Assembly (NCBI GenBank): GCA_951406725.2
Contig: OX597819.1
Coordinates: forward strand, 64,046,001-64,110,000
Origin: Octopus vulgaris
Taxonomy: Eukaryota
Direction of reading: 5' to 3'
Length of the DNA stretch: 64,000 nt
A program made the translations under genes and the position numbers. The notes under the pieces are model-generated. The model did no database searches. It was not told the origin of the DNA and was given only the letters and a program-made list of their open reading frames with translations. This document shows, one piece after another, positions 29,155 to 44,577 of the stretch (positions are counted from its first letter, which is position 1; each line of letters begins with the position of its first letter).

Positions 29155-29759
29155 ATGAATTAATACATGTTTTGACAAATAATGTCAGCACTATGAATGC
29201 AAGGATCTTAAGATTTGTGAACAATCATACTAAATGCAAGGAATAACCGCTTCCTTTCTAAACAGAAATTATGAATATAACATGGAGTTTAATTCACTTT
29301 TCCTATTAATTTATGTCACACCCACTTTCCATGTTGACATTAAAGATTTCTGCTCTGGTGCATACGTGTTACTTTGCCCACGCAGGATAAATCTTGGAAA
29401 ATTGTGTAGCTATGTACAAGGTCTGAGTTTAAGCATCTGATTGCTTTTTAACTAAGAATTAGCTTTAGCTCATGCGAAGTTAAACCTGGAGTAAGAAGCT
29501 GATCTAAAATTCTGCAGAAAACCTTTCTATTGACTTCTATCGAGGAAGGTACCTCTTCAACGTTTTTTATATTATAATAAAAATTTTCAACTGGTTGGAC
29601 ATTCAACATGCCAATAATGAATGATTTATTTTTGATGTTAGTATTATTTGCTTCTAAAGAGAGCCAATATAATCGTGGTTGTTTAACCGAAATAAAATAA
29701 ACAACTTAAGCTTCGGTGTTACATTTACGTGAATAGAATATTATCACTTAAAAATTTTG

Positions 29760-30162
29760 TTACAATGACATCAAATTTGAGAGAGATGATACGTCGATTA
29801 CATGGACCGCTGGTACTTATTTTACTTGTTTTACCGACCTCGAAAGAATAGAAGTCATAGTGAACCATGGTAAAATTTGGACACAGCACGTATAAACGGA
29901 CGAAATGCCGCTACGTATTTTGTCCGGCGTGTAAACGATTCTGCCTACTCGCCACCTTTGGAATGTGTACTATTGGTTTCAGATTTTAGCACAAGTCAAG
30001 AAACTCAATAACCCCAGGGTAATCGACCCTAGTGCTCAACTGGTACTTGTTGTATCGAAAGAATGAAAGACAAAGTCGACCTCGATGAAATTTGAGCCCA
30101 GGACAGATAAAATGTCGCTTAGCATTTTGCCCGGCGCGCTAACGATTCTGCCAGCACGCCTC
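29760..30162 (-). mobile_element. Two degenerate SINE family A copies in tandem
   Basis: Two copies of ctggtactt..aaatttg..attttg.ccggcg...aacgattctgcc. Confidence 0.75.
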
Positions 30163-31399
30163 ATATGGAACCTGTAATATTAACGACATATAGCATGGTC
30201 ATTATTTACTGTTTCCAATCTGCAGAAAAACATTGGTTGTATAGCAGATCACCATAATTTCTCACGCTTAAGGACAGTCATTGAATGTTCACATATTAGC
30301 ACAATGGTGATGAATATGATACTTGGCACGAAGCTCTATTATTTCATGCGTATATTCCTTTCTAAAATACGCATAGTTTGTATAGTAAGATTACTATACG
30401 TTCTGTGTTCGAATTTGGGTGATTTATAATTTTTTCGTTATATCTCTCGTCACGAATTATTACTTGCTAGCATAATAAAATCACAGGTTTTCTGTATTTT
30501 GACACCATTTCTCTTGCATAACTGTAAGGCGTAATGGGAAGTCATATGCATCTTCTATTTACTGGCTATTCATTATTTTTCAGTTATTGTCTGTTCTAGC
30601 ACGTGTATATGTTAGAGCCTCATACAGTTACTCTCTGTTGTTAATGAACAGCATAATTTACTAGAACTCATCTACCAATATCGTTTAGTTATCTTTTGAA
30701 TTTGTTTTCATTTTTTGTGTTGCACTACAAACACACACTTACACTCACGCACACACATGCACACAAGCAAAATCCAGCGCGATTAAAATATGCCAAAACA
30801 ACACTTATTAACTGTATTTTCTACTTACTGTTGCAAAAGTAAATCAATGTTATGCGAAATATAAATTTCTCGCCGTAGCCGTGTTAATGAAAATGGCTGG
30901 AATATTAATGTCATGTATGGTTTATTCTGATATGAGTTGACATTAAAACTAATTGTCTGCTCTCCATCATAGGTTAAATAATACTTCGAACATCTGAGCT
31001 TCGAATATGTAGCATAAATCTTTTCTGATGTCATTTTAATCCAGACATGAAATAAATATTTCAAACGTACAAAGATGTCCAATATTGCGCTTATTTAATT
31101 GAGTCAAGTGAGACTCACTCCACAGATTTCATGTATGTATCAACATATTTATAATTATATTCAGTATATATGTAAACAACCAAGTGGATGCGATGCTAGA
31201 GAGCGTGTTCATATACGGAGAGGCTTTATATATATTTTTTTCCGCAGTACACGCAATACCGCCCCAGATCACGAAAATGAGTGTAAGAGTGGGGGAAATA
31301 GGAGTAATACCAACTTCTTCGAATGCTGTGCCGTGTGTATCCTTTATTTAAGGATATTCATGTTTCTTCAAAACAATTCGCCAACCACATACATGTATG

Positions 31400-31476
<77 letters not shown>

Positions 31477-32989
31477 ATATATACATATATATATATATGT
31501 ATGTATATATACACACATATATATATTTATATATATGTATGTATATACACACATATATATATATAAATGTTTGTTTATGGGTGCATATGTATGCATGCGA
31601 GTGTGCGTGTCAGTGTATGCCTGTTCGTGCGTGTGTGGGTGTTTGTGTGTATATGTGCGAATATTTGAAACAAAGTTTCATATTGTTAGTACTTTATAAA
31701 CACATAAAAGATAGTTTTATTTTATAAATGTTGATATTACGCTTCAAAGTTACACTTTCAATGTAAATGTTGGTTACGATCGAATAAGCACAAAATATAG
31801 AATAATCCACCCACATGTTACGACAACATATACGTATTCTTAGCTGTTCATTTATCTTCCACATATGCGTGTTTTGGATGTATACGTATATGATTATGTG
31901 TGTGTACAAATTTACTTACATTTTGTTATATTTTACGGTATTTATTTCAAACTTTTTTCACATCTGAAGAATCCATAACATGAATATCGCTTTTGAACAA
32001 ATATTGTAGCAAAGAAGAAAAAACAAAAATGCCATTTCTAGTAGGTGATTGTATTGTAAGTGTTTGATACAGGTTTGAAACTACTGCGAAATTGTATTAG
32101 CATATACTTATATAGCATGTCGAACATCGCAATTTCTGTGATCCAAGTGTACGAGAGGTGGTATGAGAATAGATAAAAAACTGATAGGTTATTGTGTCAC
32201 CTAGATGACGCCACCGATAATAATATGTGAGTATATGCACGCATGAAGATATATGTGTACACACACACGTGTATATATTTATAAATATTTACATGTATGT
32301 AATATAAATATAATATATGCATATTTATATATATGTTTGTGTATATCTATGTATATATTTATTTCTTTGTGTATATATGTGTGCGCGTGTGTGTATATGT
32401 ACATACATAGTTGCATCATTCAAAGGTGTGTATATATATATATATATATACATAATCGTCAGTTTATTATATTATTCTGCATGATTATCATGACACTGGA
32501 TCGTTTTCTGTTGTATTTTTTCATCGCATCTCTATACTTACTTTTGTTCAAAATATCCTGTATTATGATCGACATGTGACTTGGCATTATTCCTTCTTCG
32601 TGATTCTCTTTTGTTCTTGTCTTGAACCAAAATGAAATGAGCAAATTTGTTTGAAATATTTATTACTGTTTTTGTAATCTTTTCAATATATATTGCACTT
32701 TTCTTTATAAAGAAAATTATTAGACATAGATGTCTTAGCAAGAAAGGAAAGCGTCTTGAAGAGGCAATATATAGCGAATGGAAACGTAGTTATATAAGTG
32801 TAGCAGATGAGTGCCGGAAGATTTATTATAAGAGATATTTTAAAAATAAGTGTTGTAGAGCCTAATCACTTATACATCCTTACTTACGGCAACAGTATAG
32901 CAATATGGAGTGCATTAAGTTTTATCCCTTAAAGATTCAGCTGTTTATGTTTGTTCTGCCAGCACAGAAACTCACACATTTTCAAACTA

Positions 32990-34136
32990 TTGGGGTATCC
33001 CATAAAAATGCGGTTTTTTCAATAGCATGAATTAAAAATCGGAGAGGGATGCGATAAACTACCTGCAGCAACTCGTTATAAAAGCAGGCAGTTATTTTAC
33101 CTTGTACTTATACCTAGTGTAAGTTTTGTAGAGTGCAGTTCGATTTTAATTGTTATATTTTCAAAGATGTAATGGAGGTGACAAAGGAGCATATTCAGCA
33201 TATTTTGCTTTATGAAATCAATAAAGGCCACAAGGCAACGGAAAGTGCGAAGAATGCAGTATATAGGGATTGGACAACAAAATGGCAATGGTGTTTGCAG
33301 AAATTCCGAGCCGGAAATTAGAGCCTAGAGCCTCGTAGAAGAGGTGTAGAGCTCGAGGGGGTTGTCCAGCAAACCATGTTGGAACAAAGTCCCATCGTAA
33401 CTGTTGAAGAACTAGCAGAGAAGCTTGGATTTGGTCATTCAACCATTCATCGACACCTGCGTGCCATCGGAAAATTCAATAAATTGGATCAGTGGGTTCC
33501 TCACAAACTTTCTGAGTCTAATCGTACGAAGAGGCTGAATGTATAGCTCATCTTTGCTGTCACGTCTCACGAATGAACCTTTTCTTGACCGTGATTTATG
33601 GCGGGAAATAGGTTCTCTACGAATTTGTCAAGCGCCAAAGATAGTGGGTAGGGAAAGGGGAAACACAGGTCCCTCAAGCTAAATATCTCCATTTACGTAA
33701 GGTGTTGTTATCTGTTTGGTGGGATATGAAAGGTTTAATCCACGTTGAACTTTTAATCTCAAGACTAACGATAACAAAGGAGATCTACTGCGAACTGCTG
33801 GACAGATTAAGTCAGCGCTAGAAGAAAAACGACCATCTTGTGTTTCAAGACGAAGGGTGTCCTTCCATCAGGATAATGGTCAACCACACGCAGTGCAGGT
33901 GACATTTAAAAAGCTAGATCAGTATGAATACGAAACGATGCCCCGGCCACCTAATTCGCCGGACATTGCCTCCATCTTATTATCATTTATTCTGCAGTCT
34001 TCAAAATAATTTGGACGGAAAAATATGAATTCTGTAGACAGATTGAAGGGCACTGTAGAAAATGAAGGAGAGTATATCTTAATTTTGAAATATAAAGGAA
34101 GTATAAAAAAACTGCATTAGTTATGGGATGGCCTTA
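32990..34136 (+). mobile_element. Mariner (DD34D-type) transposon, both ends present, pseudogenised transposase
   Basis: TA-flanked TIRs ttggggtatcccataaaaatgcggtttttt / aaaaaactgcattagttatgggatggcctta. Broken frames give MEVTKEHIQHILLYE, QWVPHKL, VLLSVWWDMKG, FHQDNGQPH, NSPDIA, HLF.SLQN. Confidence 0.92.
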
Positions 34137-36874
34137 TACTAAGCTCATATAAAATGCACCATAATGCTTTTAATAAAGTTCCATAGATGTAACTACAGCT
34201 GCACTTGCCTCACAATCCCAAATATTTTGCGTGATTACAGTATCAGCAATGCGTGTAGAGAAACTACAGCAGTTGCGTTGTGCTCCTGCGTGCCTCACAT
34301 GCAATGCAGTTTCGGTATTAAAAGTAATACGGAGGATACAAATGGTATATTGAGTGAGAGTAATATCTTCAACTATATTATCAGTAATTTCAGTAAGGAA
34401 AAACGCTGCCTCACTTGAAAGAAAGACCAAACTACATATTAACCATGATCACGTTTGATTTTAGACAGCGATCTTTATATCGGTTGAAGCCATAGACCTG
34501 TGAAAATAAGTGTTCATGTTGAAGAACACGAAGATATTTCGAGTCTGAGAATTATACTACAGGATTAGTAGCCAAGTAAGCATAACTGTTTCAAAATTCC
34601 CGTCAGCCACATCAAGAAGATATGAAAAAGAATATAATGTTAGGTGATATCATGTATCTCATAAGAGATTGAAACCACATGTCGTTAGTGATGTCGAGCT
34701 TAAAGAAGCGCGCCCTATTAGTGAATTACGTATTTTTTTTCAAAAGAGGATTTATCTTTAACCGCTCTAATATGCGAAACTATCGACGGCTTTCGTTAGG
34801 ATTATTGTTGTCGTTATGAAAATAAGCAAACAAACTTTTTGTCAGTAATCAATGTCAACAGCCATGCTTTGTGTGTAAAAGGAGAATTTTAAGAATTCCA
34901 CAATATTTACCTCCATTGAAAAATATTTTACAAAAGTTTGTTTTAATGTGAACAGCAGCAATCTCAATAATAATCTTTTTATATCGATATAAATTTTTAT
35001 GAGATTTACTACCATCGTTACATGGTTGCTACCTTAAATACAACAAATTTCCATTCTGTTTTCAGAATAAATTTCCATCTCTCGGGCATCCTGGGATACC
35101 AGCCCTCGTGTAACAACGAGCCATTTTACACTTTGACTCCGGAGCAGCATATTCAAAAGCAAGGTTTTTTTAGGTGCTTTTATCTTGAACTGGTAGGAGC
35201 GGAGTGAACCGCATGTATTGACACAATTTACAAAACACGTCAAATTATTGGTGACTTTCATATTATGTCAGTTAGTTTTTCTTAGTGTGGTGTGAATCAA
35301 TAAATAAGTAGTGCCATACACAATATGAAAAGTCCAGAGAATAGAGATTTTTCTCCTAAACTATGTCCACCTCAATATATATGAAGAAGTTCAAGAGGAT
35401 ATTTGTGAGAGTGTACATGTAGAGGTAGCAGTCTCTTTAATATTCAGAAGCGTAAGTGAAGGAACAAACACATTCTTTGGAGAATTCCCTTTGACGAAAA
35501 TACTTCTAATAGGACACGACATATTCGGCGTTAATCTTTGTAATCATTAATCGTGATTGGCTCAAGGTCACTGTCTCTATATTCGATCTTTATCCGTATA
35601 GATATTTTTGAAATATATTTTACTTAAATCTATTATTATTTATTTCATTCCTTTCTTCACACTTTATAATGACCAAATTTCTCATTTATTCTTCGAATAA
35701 TTCCATATTCGTTCTTTAGAAACACGTAGAGCACATACATATACTATGCCATATTGAAAAGAGAACATAAAAGATGACAGCTTCGTTAATATTTGAAACC
35801 AATGGCAGAAATATTAAGACCCACTAAACATACCTGTTATAAACTAATTTCAAATGAATAAGGTTGATATGAAATGAAGTCCACTGCATAGGAAACAGAG
35901 GCAAGGTGTCGTCGAATAATAAATCGATCATTCCAAAGCGCCATATATCTACAGTAAGCACGCGAACAATGTGCGTGTTACACACAAAAAAAGGATTTTA
36001 ATCTATATTTTATGGCAACAATAAAATTGGAAACAAACGGTAATTATTCTGAAAAATTAGTTCAGATAAATATAATAATAAGTAGAAAATAAGCACTGTA
36101 AAGAAAATCAGATGTCGCTTTATGTATTGGAAGCAAAATTCCTTTATGACGCCTGAAATGAGAATGTTTGGAGAGATTACCTTAACCCTAATAATAAATA
36201 GACAAATAACTGCAGAACGTATTACGAAATGCAAAATGGGCAGATTCGATTTAATTTTCCATCAAGAAAGTTAACATAACAACGAAATATCTACCTTCAT
36301 CTTCTATTTTGTATCACTACTCGGAAGGTCTTTGGGTCGTTTCCGTTTCCTATGTATTTTTTTTTTGTGTACATGACAAAAATCCGATAACTCCTTCCGT
36401 AAATATGTCTATTTCCTTAGAAAAGAATGCTTTGTGACTAGTCCCTCATGACATTTTCCCCAGAATGACGTATTTTAGTTATCAATTCCCAGAAGGATGT
36501 AACTTATATAACCAAGGTGTGATACGAATTCAGCTGTCAGAGAGCCGGGAAAATGCAGCAGGTCGTTCAAGATGACGTTCAAGCAATTCACTGTATTACA
36601 TACTATATAAAACAATACTATCAAATTATATTTTCTGATGGTGGAAGCGAGGACTTTAAAGGAGAGATACAGCACATTACATTGTTACCAATATTATAGT
36701 AGCACATTATTTAATTGATGAAAATTGTTCTCACTTTCGATAATACATGATCTAAGGACAGTAAATAACGTAATAAATACAGAAAATCATGTATAATATC
36801 ATGATCTTACTCGTATGTATGTTTAAAATATATATGCAAAGAGAGAACAGTAAGCATTTTACCACAATGGTTAA

Positions 36875-37500
36875 GGCGGCGAGCGGGTAGAATCGTTAGC
36901 ACGCCGGGCGAAATGCGTAACCGTATTTCGTCTGCCAGTACGTTCTGAGTTCAAATTCCGCCGAGGACGACTTTCCCTTTCATCCTTTCGGGGTCGATAA
37001 ATTAAATACCAGTTACGCACTGGGGTCGATATAATCGATTTAATCCGTTTGTCTGTCCCTGTTTGTCCCCTCTGTGTTTAGCCCCTTGTGGGTAGTAAAG
37101 AAATAGGTATTTCTTCTGCCGTTACGTTCAGAGTTCAAATTCCGCCGAGGTCGACTTTGCCTTTCATCCTTTTGGGGTTGATTAAATAAGTACCAGTTAA
37201 CCACTGGGGTCGATGTAATCGACTTAATCCCCTTGTCTGCCATTGTTTGTACCCCTTTATGTTTAGCCCCTTGTGGGCAATAAAGAAATAAAAATCCTTA
37301 GCACGCCGGGTGAAATGCTTAGCGGTGTTTCGTCTGTCGCAGCGTTCTGAGTTCAAATTCCGCCGAAGTTGACTCTGCCTCTCGTTCTGTCGGAGTGGAT
37401 GAAATAGGTACCAGTTACGCTTTGGGGTCGGTGTAATCGACTAGCCTCCTTCCCCACAAAATTGTCAAGGCCTTGTGCCCTAGAGTAGATATAATTATAA
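36875..37500 (+). mobile_element. SINE family A trimer with 11-bp TSD
   Basis: Three gagttcaaattccgccga cores; cacaatggtta at 36863-36873 and 37501-37511. Confidence 0.9.
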
Positions 37501-37885
37501 CACAATGGTTATGCTTTTAGAGAAAGTTATGTATATGTGTCGTTTTAGTTACATATCACAATACATATATGGAGGAGAAAGTACACATTTGTTTCTTTTT
37601 ACAAGTGAATGTGATTTATTTTATCGGTAAATGTGATTAACCTGTGATTCAGCGATCACTCTATGGTTAATGCTCAAATGGTATTTGGGACATAATCAGC
37701 ATACAAAAGAGAAAAGATGCTAATCAGCATACAAACGAGAATTGATGCTTTGGATCTAAAAACAGTCTGTTTAACATCTATGACGGTTGTGCATAAATAC
37801 TAATGTACTTTACGAATATCACGGTTTTCATTCAAGCGATGTCTCTGCATAAGCAAATTTACTTTATTTAACCTTCGCAATATAT

Positions 37886-38040
<155 letters not shown>

Positions 38041-38813
38041 GCTTTGTAAATATTTACATATATGCACGCGTGCGTGTGTGTGTGCTTTTGTGCATACAAA
38101 ATTTCACTTAATCACATCAAGCGTACACACACAATGTACTCTTACACATGATTACATATATATGTCCATAGAACCACAAACTTATGTGCGCATATTGTAA
38201 AGTACAAGCCGGCAATTGAGAGACTACGTCAGCTAATATAAATACAAGCTTCTACTTATATTAAATTTTTGGTCTATACACTTGCATCTTTTAAAGAATG
38301 CCAGGGTTTCTAAAATTCAACATTATGTGTAATATTATATAAATCATTGCATTATGAAACTATAAAAAGAATACAATAATTTATTTGGATTATTTCATAG
38401 CAGTAGTAGTAGTGTTGATAAAAATAATAATAATGATAATGATAATAATGATAATAACAATAGAAATTCAACACTTCATAAAGAATACAGCGCATTGACT
38501 CCATTTTAATATTCTGTTGAGTATCCTAAAGTGTTAAAGAAGAATCCCAAATTTAAGCTCTCAAAAACAGCTGTTTAGGAACACGGGAATGTATGTATCT
38601 ATGTGCGCGTGCACCTTACACATAGAAATACACACACACACATACACGTGCACACACGGTTGGAGAGATGCAGACACACTGAAAGGCAGGAAAGCACACA
38701 TGAATTTTTATTCACATGATGATGTACAGGTATACACAAACACATAGATGCATATATCTATATATACATATGTATATATGTATGTATCTTTCCTTCTCTT
38801 TGTCTCTCTCTGT

Positions 38814-38852
<39 letters not shown>

Positions 38853-40268
38853 CATACATACATATATATGTATGCATATAGACATGTATATATACATATA
38901 TACAGTATGTTCTTTATTCCTCTGTTTCTCTGTTTATCTATCTAGCTATGGCTTTATGTATGTATATATGTTGTATGTACAAACACACTGACAGATACAC
39001 ACACATGCAATAATAATATCTCTTAGATTGTTTTACAAGTATGCATGTACGATATGTAACAATATAACATAGACACACATTTTAAAACACGCACTTATTA
39101 ATATTATTTATTTGTATGTAGGTATGTATACTTGTGTGTATATAAGTATATGTATGTGTTTGTACTCGTGTGTATGTATATGCGTAAATATTTCCAAAGT
39201 TTGGAAGGAAAAATATTTTTCCATTAGAATTGGCATTATGTGTAACAACTAAAATGTTTTCACGATTCGTGTTAAGAATAAACCTTTCACTTCTATTTAG
39301 TTATTATGAATTACGACTTTCCTTTTCCCAGCAATACTTTGTTACCAGCACTTTTAGCCAGTGCTGTTTTTGTTCCCTCAGCTTATTTTGATGGCATTCT
39401 TAGTATTTCTTCAGCGGTAGACTTGCGTCGACGGTACAGTGCCAGTCTAAATGTCATGCGGGTATATAACTATTTCAATACATGTCTTCATGCGTTCGAA
39501 AGGAAAATCCTGTTCTACATGAGGAATATCTTTGCTCTAAAGATAAAAATACTGTGGCGGTCGTTGCTGATGCTACACTCCCGTTGTATCTCTGATCTTA
39601 AACACTTAACTAATCTGGTCATAAGCATTGTCTATTCTTTTATTTACTATATTTTTTGTGTGGAGTGTACACCTAGATTTTCAGATACTTGGAAAAATTA
39701 AGAAAAAGATCTTTTCGGTTTTTATGAATATATAGGATATCAGAGCAACTGATTCTTTTACGTCGACAACTTTACATCTGTCTCTATGTCTCAAAGATAC
39801 AAAAATGTCATAATCTCTTATTTAAAATTAGTTTCTCTATATTCCGGGTTCAAATACTACACAAGCTTTGTGGGACGGCGAACAATAGAAACGTGGAGTT
39901 TTATGATGCGAAATCAATGAGCATTTCGCCAAACACTAATGAAAAATACTTATACTTGTTTCCTTACATTTCGATATAATTATGTCAGTCTCCATATATA
40001 CAGTCAACTCTGAAATGTCACATGTTAGCATTTGCACAAGAATTTCCTTGTGTGGATTCCAACAACACGATATAAAACATTCATATCATGATTATATAAA
40101 GTTTGGTTCGAATAATTTAAATAGTTTTAAGATCAGACCTGCTAGTTAAATTGAAATTCTTGTTAACTCTAATTGTTAAGAAACGCATTACAGATTTTAT
40201 GTCCGTAGCTTTTGGCGAAAACAAGTCATTTACGATATTTTACTATATCATATGAGATATATAAATAA

Positions 40269-40341
<73 letters not shown>

Positions 40342-40615
40342 TATTTGTATTTGCGTGTGTGTATATAAATGTATATATATACATCTACATATATGCATGT
40401 ATATATATATATATATATGTGTATGTGTGTGTGTGTCTCTGTATATATATATATATCTGTGTGTGTGTGTGTATATATATATACAGACCATATATGAAAT
40501 TGAAATTTTGATAAGTACTAATATATGTATATTTGTACATATATAGATATGCATATGTGTATGTATCATGTAGACATAATAATGTAATATTTATGTGGGT
40601 GTGTGTGTATGTGTG

Positions 40616-40648
<33 letters not shown>

Positions 40649-41003
40649 TAATGTGTGTTTTTGTGTGTGAGTTTGTATAATTTTTCAAACTTTAAATTCA
40701 ACACTCAATTAGTTTTATCACTTTCACTGTCTGCAGCTCCTGGCAAATATTATAATGGCTATAGTATATAATTATTCTAATTTTATTGTCTCTCGGATCG
40801 AAAGGTCGATACGTCCCATTCGTAAAGTATTCTTTATATCCTGTTTCACACACACACACACACGCACACACACACACAAACACATACACGCGAGAGCACA
40901 CACACACGGGGAGATAGAGACACACACGCACAGACATATCTATATGCATATAGAAATACCCTGATACAGTGACACTGAAATATATTTTATTCAGCATAAC
41001 ATC

Positions 41004-41083
<80 letters not shown>

Positions 41084-41145
41084 TATGTATATACATATAT
41101 ATATATCCATAAATATGTATATATATATGTATATATATATATATA

Positions 41146-41183
<38 letters not shown>

Positions 41184-42751
41184 CATACATGCACATATAT
41201 ATATACATTATATGTATATGTATTAATTTATTCCTTTGTGTGTGCGGCATGTCCATATGCATGCACATAAAGACGAATGGCTTTATGTAAAATACCGATC
41301 ATCGAATACATTTAACAGCAGACAAATGAGAATGTGGTGTAATTTAATAATAACCAGTCTTAGTTGACACAAACACACATGCAAATATATACGTATCAAA
41401 GTTTCTGTTGATCGTTAGAAATAAAATACACAATACCCAAGTGACAATATATAAAAAATATGCATAAGGAAGTATATTTGAAATACGGAAATGATCTGAA
41501 ATTAAAATATTTCTCTTATAAGAATCGGACAACAATAAAGTGTGCGTTTGAATGAAACGACTGCAAGAGAATTAAAAAGAAAAAAATGATTTGTATGTAA
41601 AGCTGCCTTCTAAAGCGGAATCTACAATTGTATACAGTACAGGGCATTGATTGAAGATTGGATCTCTATATCCACCCCAGCATATTAAATGTCAGCCCTT
41701 TTAAAACATACCTTTTCAACGTTTGAAAGCCTTTCTGCACTTGGCTTTCTCGTCTCGAGGTGTCTGCATTCTAATAATTTATTGATGTTGATATTAATTT
41801 AAAGATTCATTTATGTTGATGGTATCAAAATTATTTTTCTCTTTTGCATCCAGTTCACCACAAGCATAAGAGTTAAATGTTTTGTCATTATCTCTGATTG
41901 TAAAACCCACGAAATATTGTGTTGTGCCCCCAAAATGAGAAAAATATTCGCAGATAGTTGAAAACTGGCGACTAACTATGGCTGAATTGACATTTAGCTA
42001 GGTTTAGAAATAGTATTTTTTTGTTAGTGAGGCAGATGCACATATCATCCGTGCATACACACATACATACATGCATACATTCATGCATATATATGTATAT
42101 ACACCAGTTGCATCTAAAAACGTGGACTGTGTACCTTACTGTAAAATTTAGCGCTTTCCTAATTTTGATAGTCATCATATAAGGTTTTCAAATTATGTTG
42201 GATTACTGACGGGTGAAAATTCTTAGAAACATACATAAACTTCAAAGGGATTATTTCTTGCTCAATAAGAATTCCGTCATCAAAGAAGTGGAGTACAATG
42301 TTATATGCAAGTCATTAAAAGCATTCAATAGAAAGTATCTTCTGAAGCAAAAGAAAAGAGATTCAAGACAACATAAAAATTCATTTAAATGTCCAGATGC
42401 TCAACGTCTCTGTCTAAATGCATATTGCTATTGAAATAATCTATTTTCTCTGCGTTTAAAACCCTAAGGTTGGTATTTAACATGTGCTGACATAGACATG
42501 GATCAAACATGAAGTAACGTTACGCAGATGTGACAGGTATGACAACTATTTTTCAAGAAAAATTCTCCTAAAACCCAGGCTTTGGAGTTTTATGATATGA
42601 TATATGGAATACTAGGTTTTTCGTCCTCTTCCATTGAATAGACGATATGTTAAGTTTTTTTTTCCTCTTCTGTAAAACATTATTATTCCTTTTATTGGTT
42701 ACTTTGAAAGTTTTCCGCTTATACATACGCACATAAACTCACACACATGTA

Positions 42752-42876
<125 letters not shown>

Positions 42877-43000
42877 ATATATGTACATTAAATGTGTAAC
42901 ACATTTTTGTGTAATACATAATTTATGTCACTCTACATCGATTAAGATATACACAAACATGAGGGAAGTAAACATGTATGTATATATATATATACATACA

Positions 43001-43128
43001 CGACAGCCTTCCTTCACTTTCAGACTATCAAGATGACACTAGCCGATAGGTGCAGCGCAGTGGGACTGAACTCGGAAACATGTGGTTGGGAAGGAAGCTT
43101 CTAACCACACAACCACTCCTGCGTCTAT
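43001..43128 (-). mobile_element. SINE family C head fragment
   Basis: cagtgggactgaactcggaaacatgtggttgggaag..accacacaaccactcct matches 61557-61618. Confidence 0.7.
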
Positions 43129-43129
43129 A

Positions 43130-43755
43130 TTCCCAATCAAGAATTTGATTTGAAACGACTCTAACCAATTGTGAAACATGGCGGTATCTTTATCAGGACA
43201 CAGGGGAGCTGTCACCAGCAATGGTTTTTCTGGGCTGATTGAATGTGTTGGAACCATAAACTCTGAAAAGTACATCGAAATACTTAAGCAGGGACTACTT
43301 CCGATGTATCCACACAATAACATAACGGAAAATGAGCTTTTATTCATGTAAGATGAGGCTCCAAGTGACATACTGTAAAGGAATCAACACTAGCTGACTG
43401 AAAATGGGATCAAAAAGCTTCCTTGGCCGAGCCCATCTCCGCACATGAACCCAATTGAAAATATCTGGAGCATACTAGATAGAGCTATACGAAAAACTCG
43501 ACAGAAACCTAAATCTTAAGATGAATTATTTCGATTGTTGCGTGAAAAGTGGGCAGAAATTCCAAAAGACACAATCACGAAGCTAATTAGTTCAATGCAA
43601 AAAAGAGATACTGAATTAAAAATTGCAAAGGGAATGTCAACTAAATACTAAATTAAGTAGTCCTACCTATCGATTACATTTCGATTGTTCGCTTTGTATA
43701 TTAAATAAAATATTTTGAAAGTTAAAGGTGTCTGTTTACTTCACTCATGTCTGTG
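43130..43755 (+). mobile_element. Tc1 (DD34E) transposon 3' half, pseudogenised, with right end
   Basis: VKHGG, INSEKYIEIL, FM*DEAP, LPWPSPSPHMNPIENIWSIL, AKGMSTKY* (stop 43649-43651); terminus ..ttcactcatgtctgtg-TA. Confidence 0.9.
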
Positions 43756-43847
43756 TATATCTTAATCGATGTAGAGTGACATAAATTATGTATTACACAA
43801 AAATGTGTTACACATTTAATCTACATATATACATACACACATACACG

Positions 43848-43953
<106 letters not shown>

Positions 43954-44510
43954 TACATGTGTGTGAGTTTGTGTGCGTATGTATAAGCGGAAAACTTTCA
44001 AAGTAACCAATAAAAGGAATAATAATGTTTTACAGAAGAGGAAAAAAAAAACTTAACATATCGTCTATTCAATGGAAGAGGACGAAAAACCTAGTATTCC
44101 ATATATCATATTATTAAACTCCAAAGCCTGGGTTTTAGGAGAATTTTTCTTGAAAAATAGTTGTCATACCTGTCACATCTGCGTAACGTTACTTCATGTT
44201 TAATCCATGTCTATGTCAGCACATGTTAAATACCAACCTTAGGGTTTTAAACGCAGTGAAAATATATTCTTTCAATAGCAATATACATTTAGACAGAGAC
44301 GTTGAGCATCTGGACATTTAAATGAATTTTTATGTTGTCTTGAATATATATATATATATATATCTATCTATCTATATATATATATACATATATAGGTAGG
44401 TAGGTAGGTAGGTAGGTAAGTAGATAGATAGATAGATTGATAGATAGATAGATAGATGGATACATGTATACATACCTATCGATATACATATATATAAATA
44501 TATAGACATC

Positions 44511-44577
<67 letters not shown>

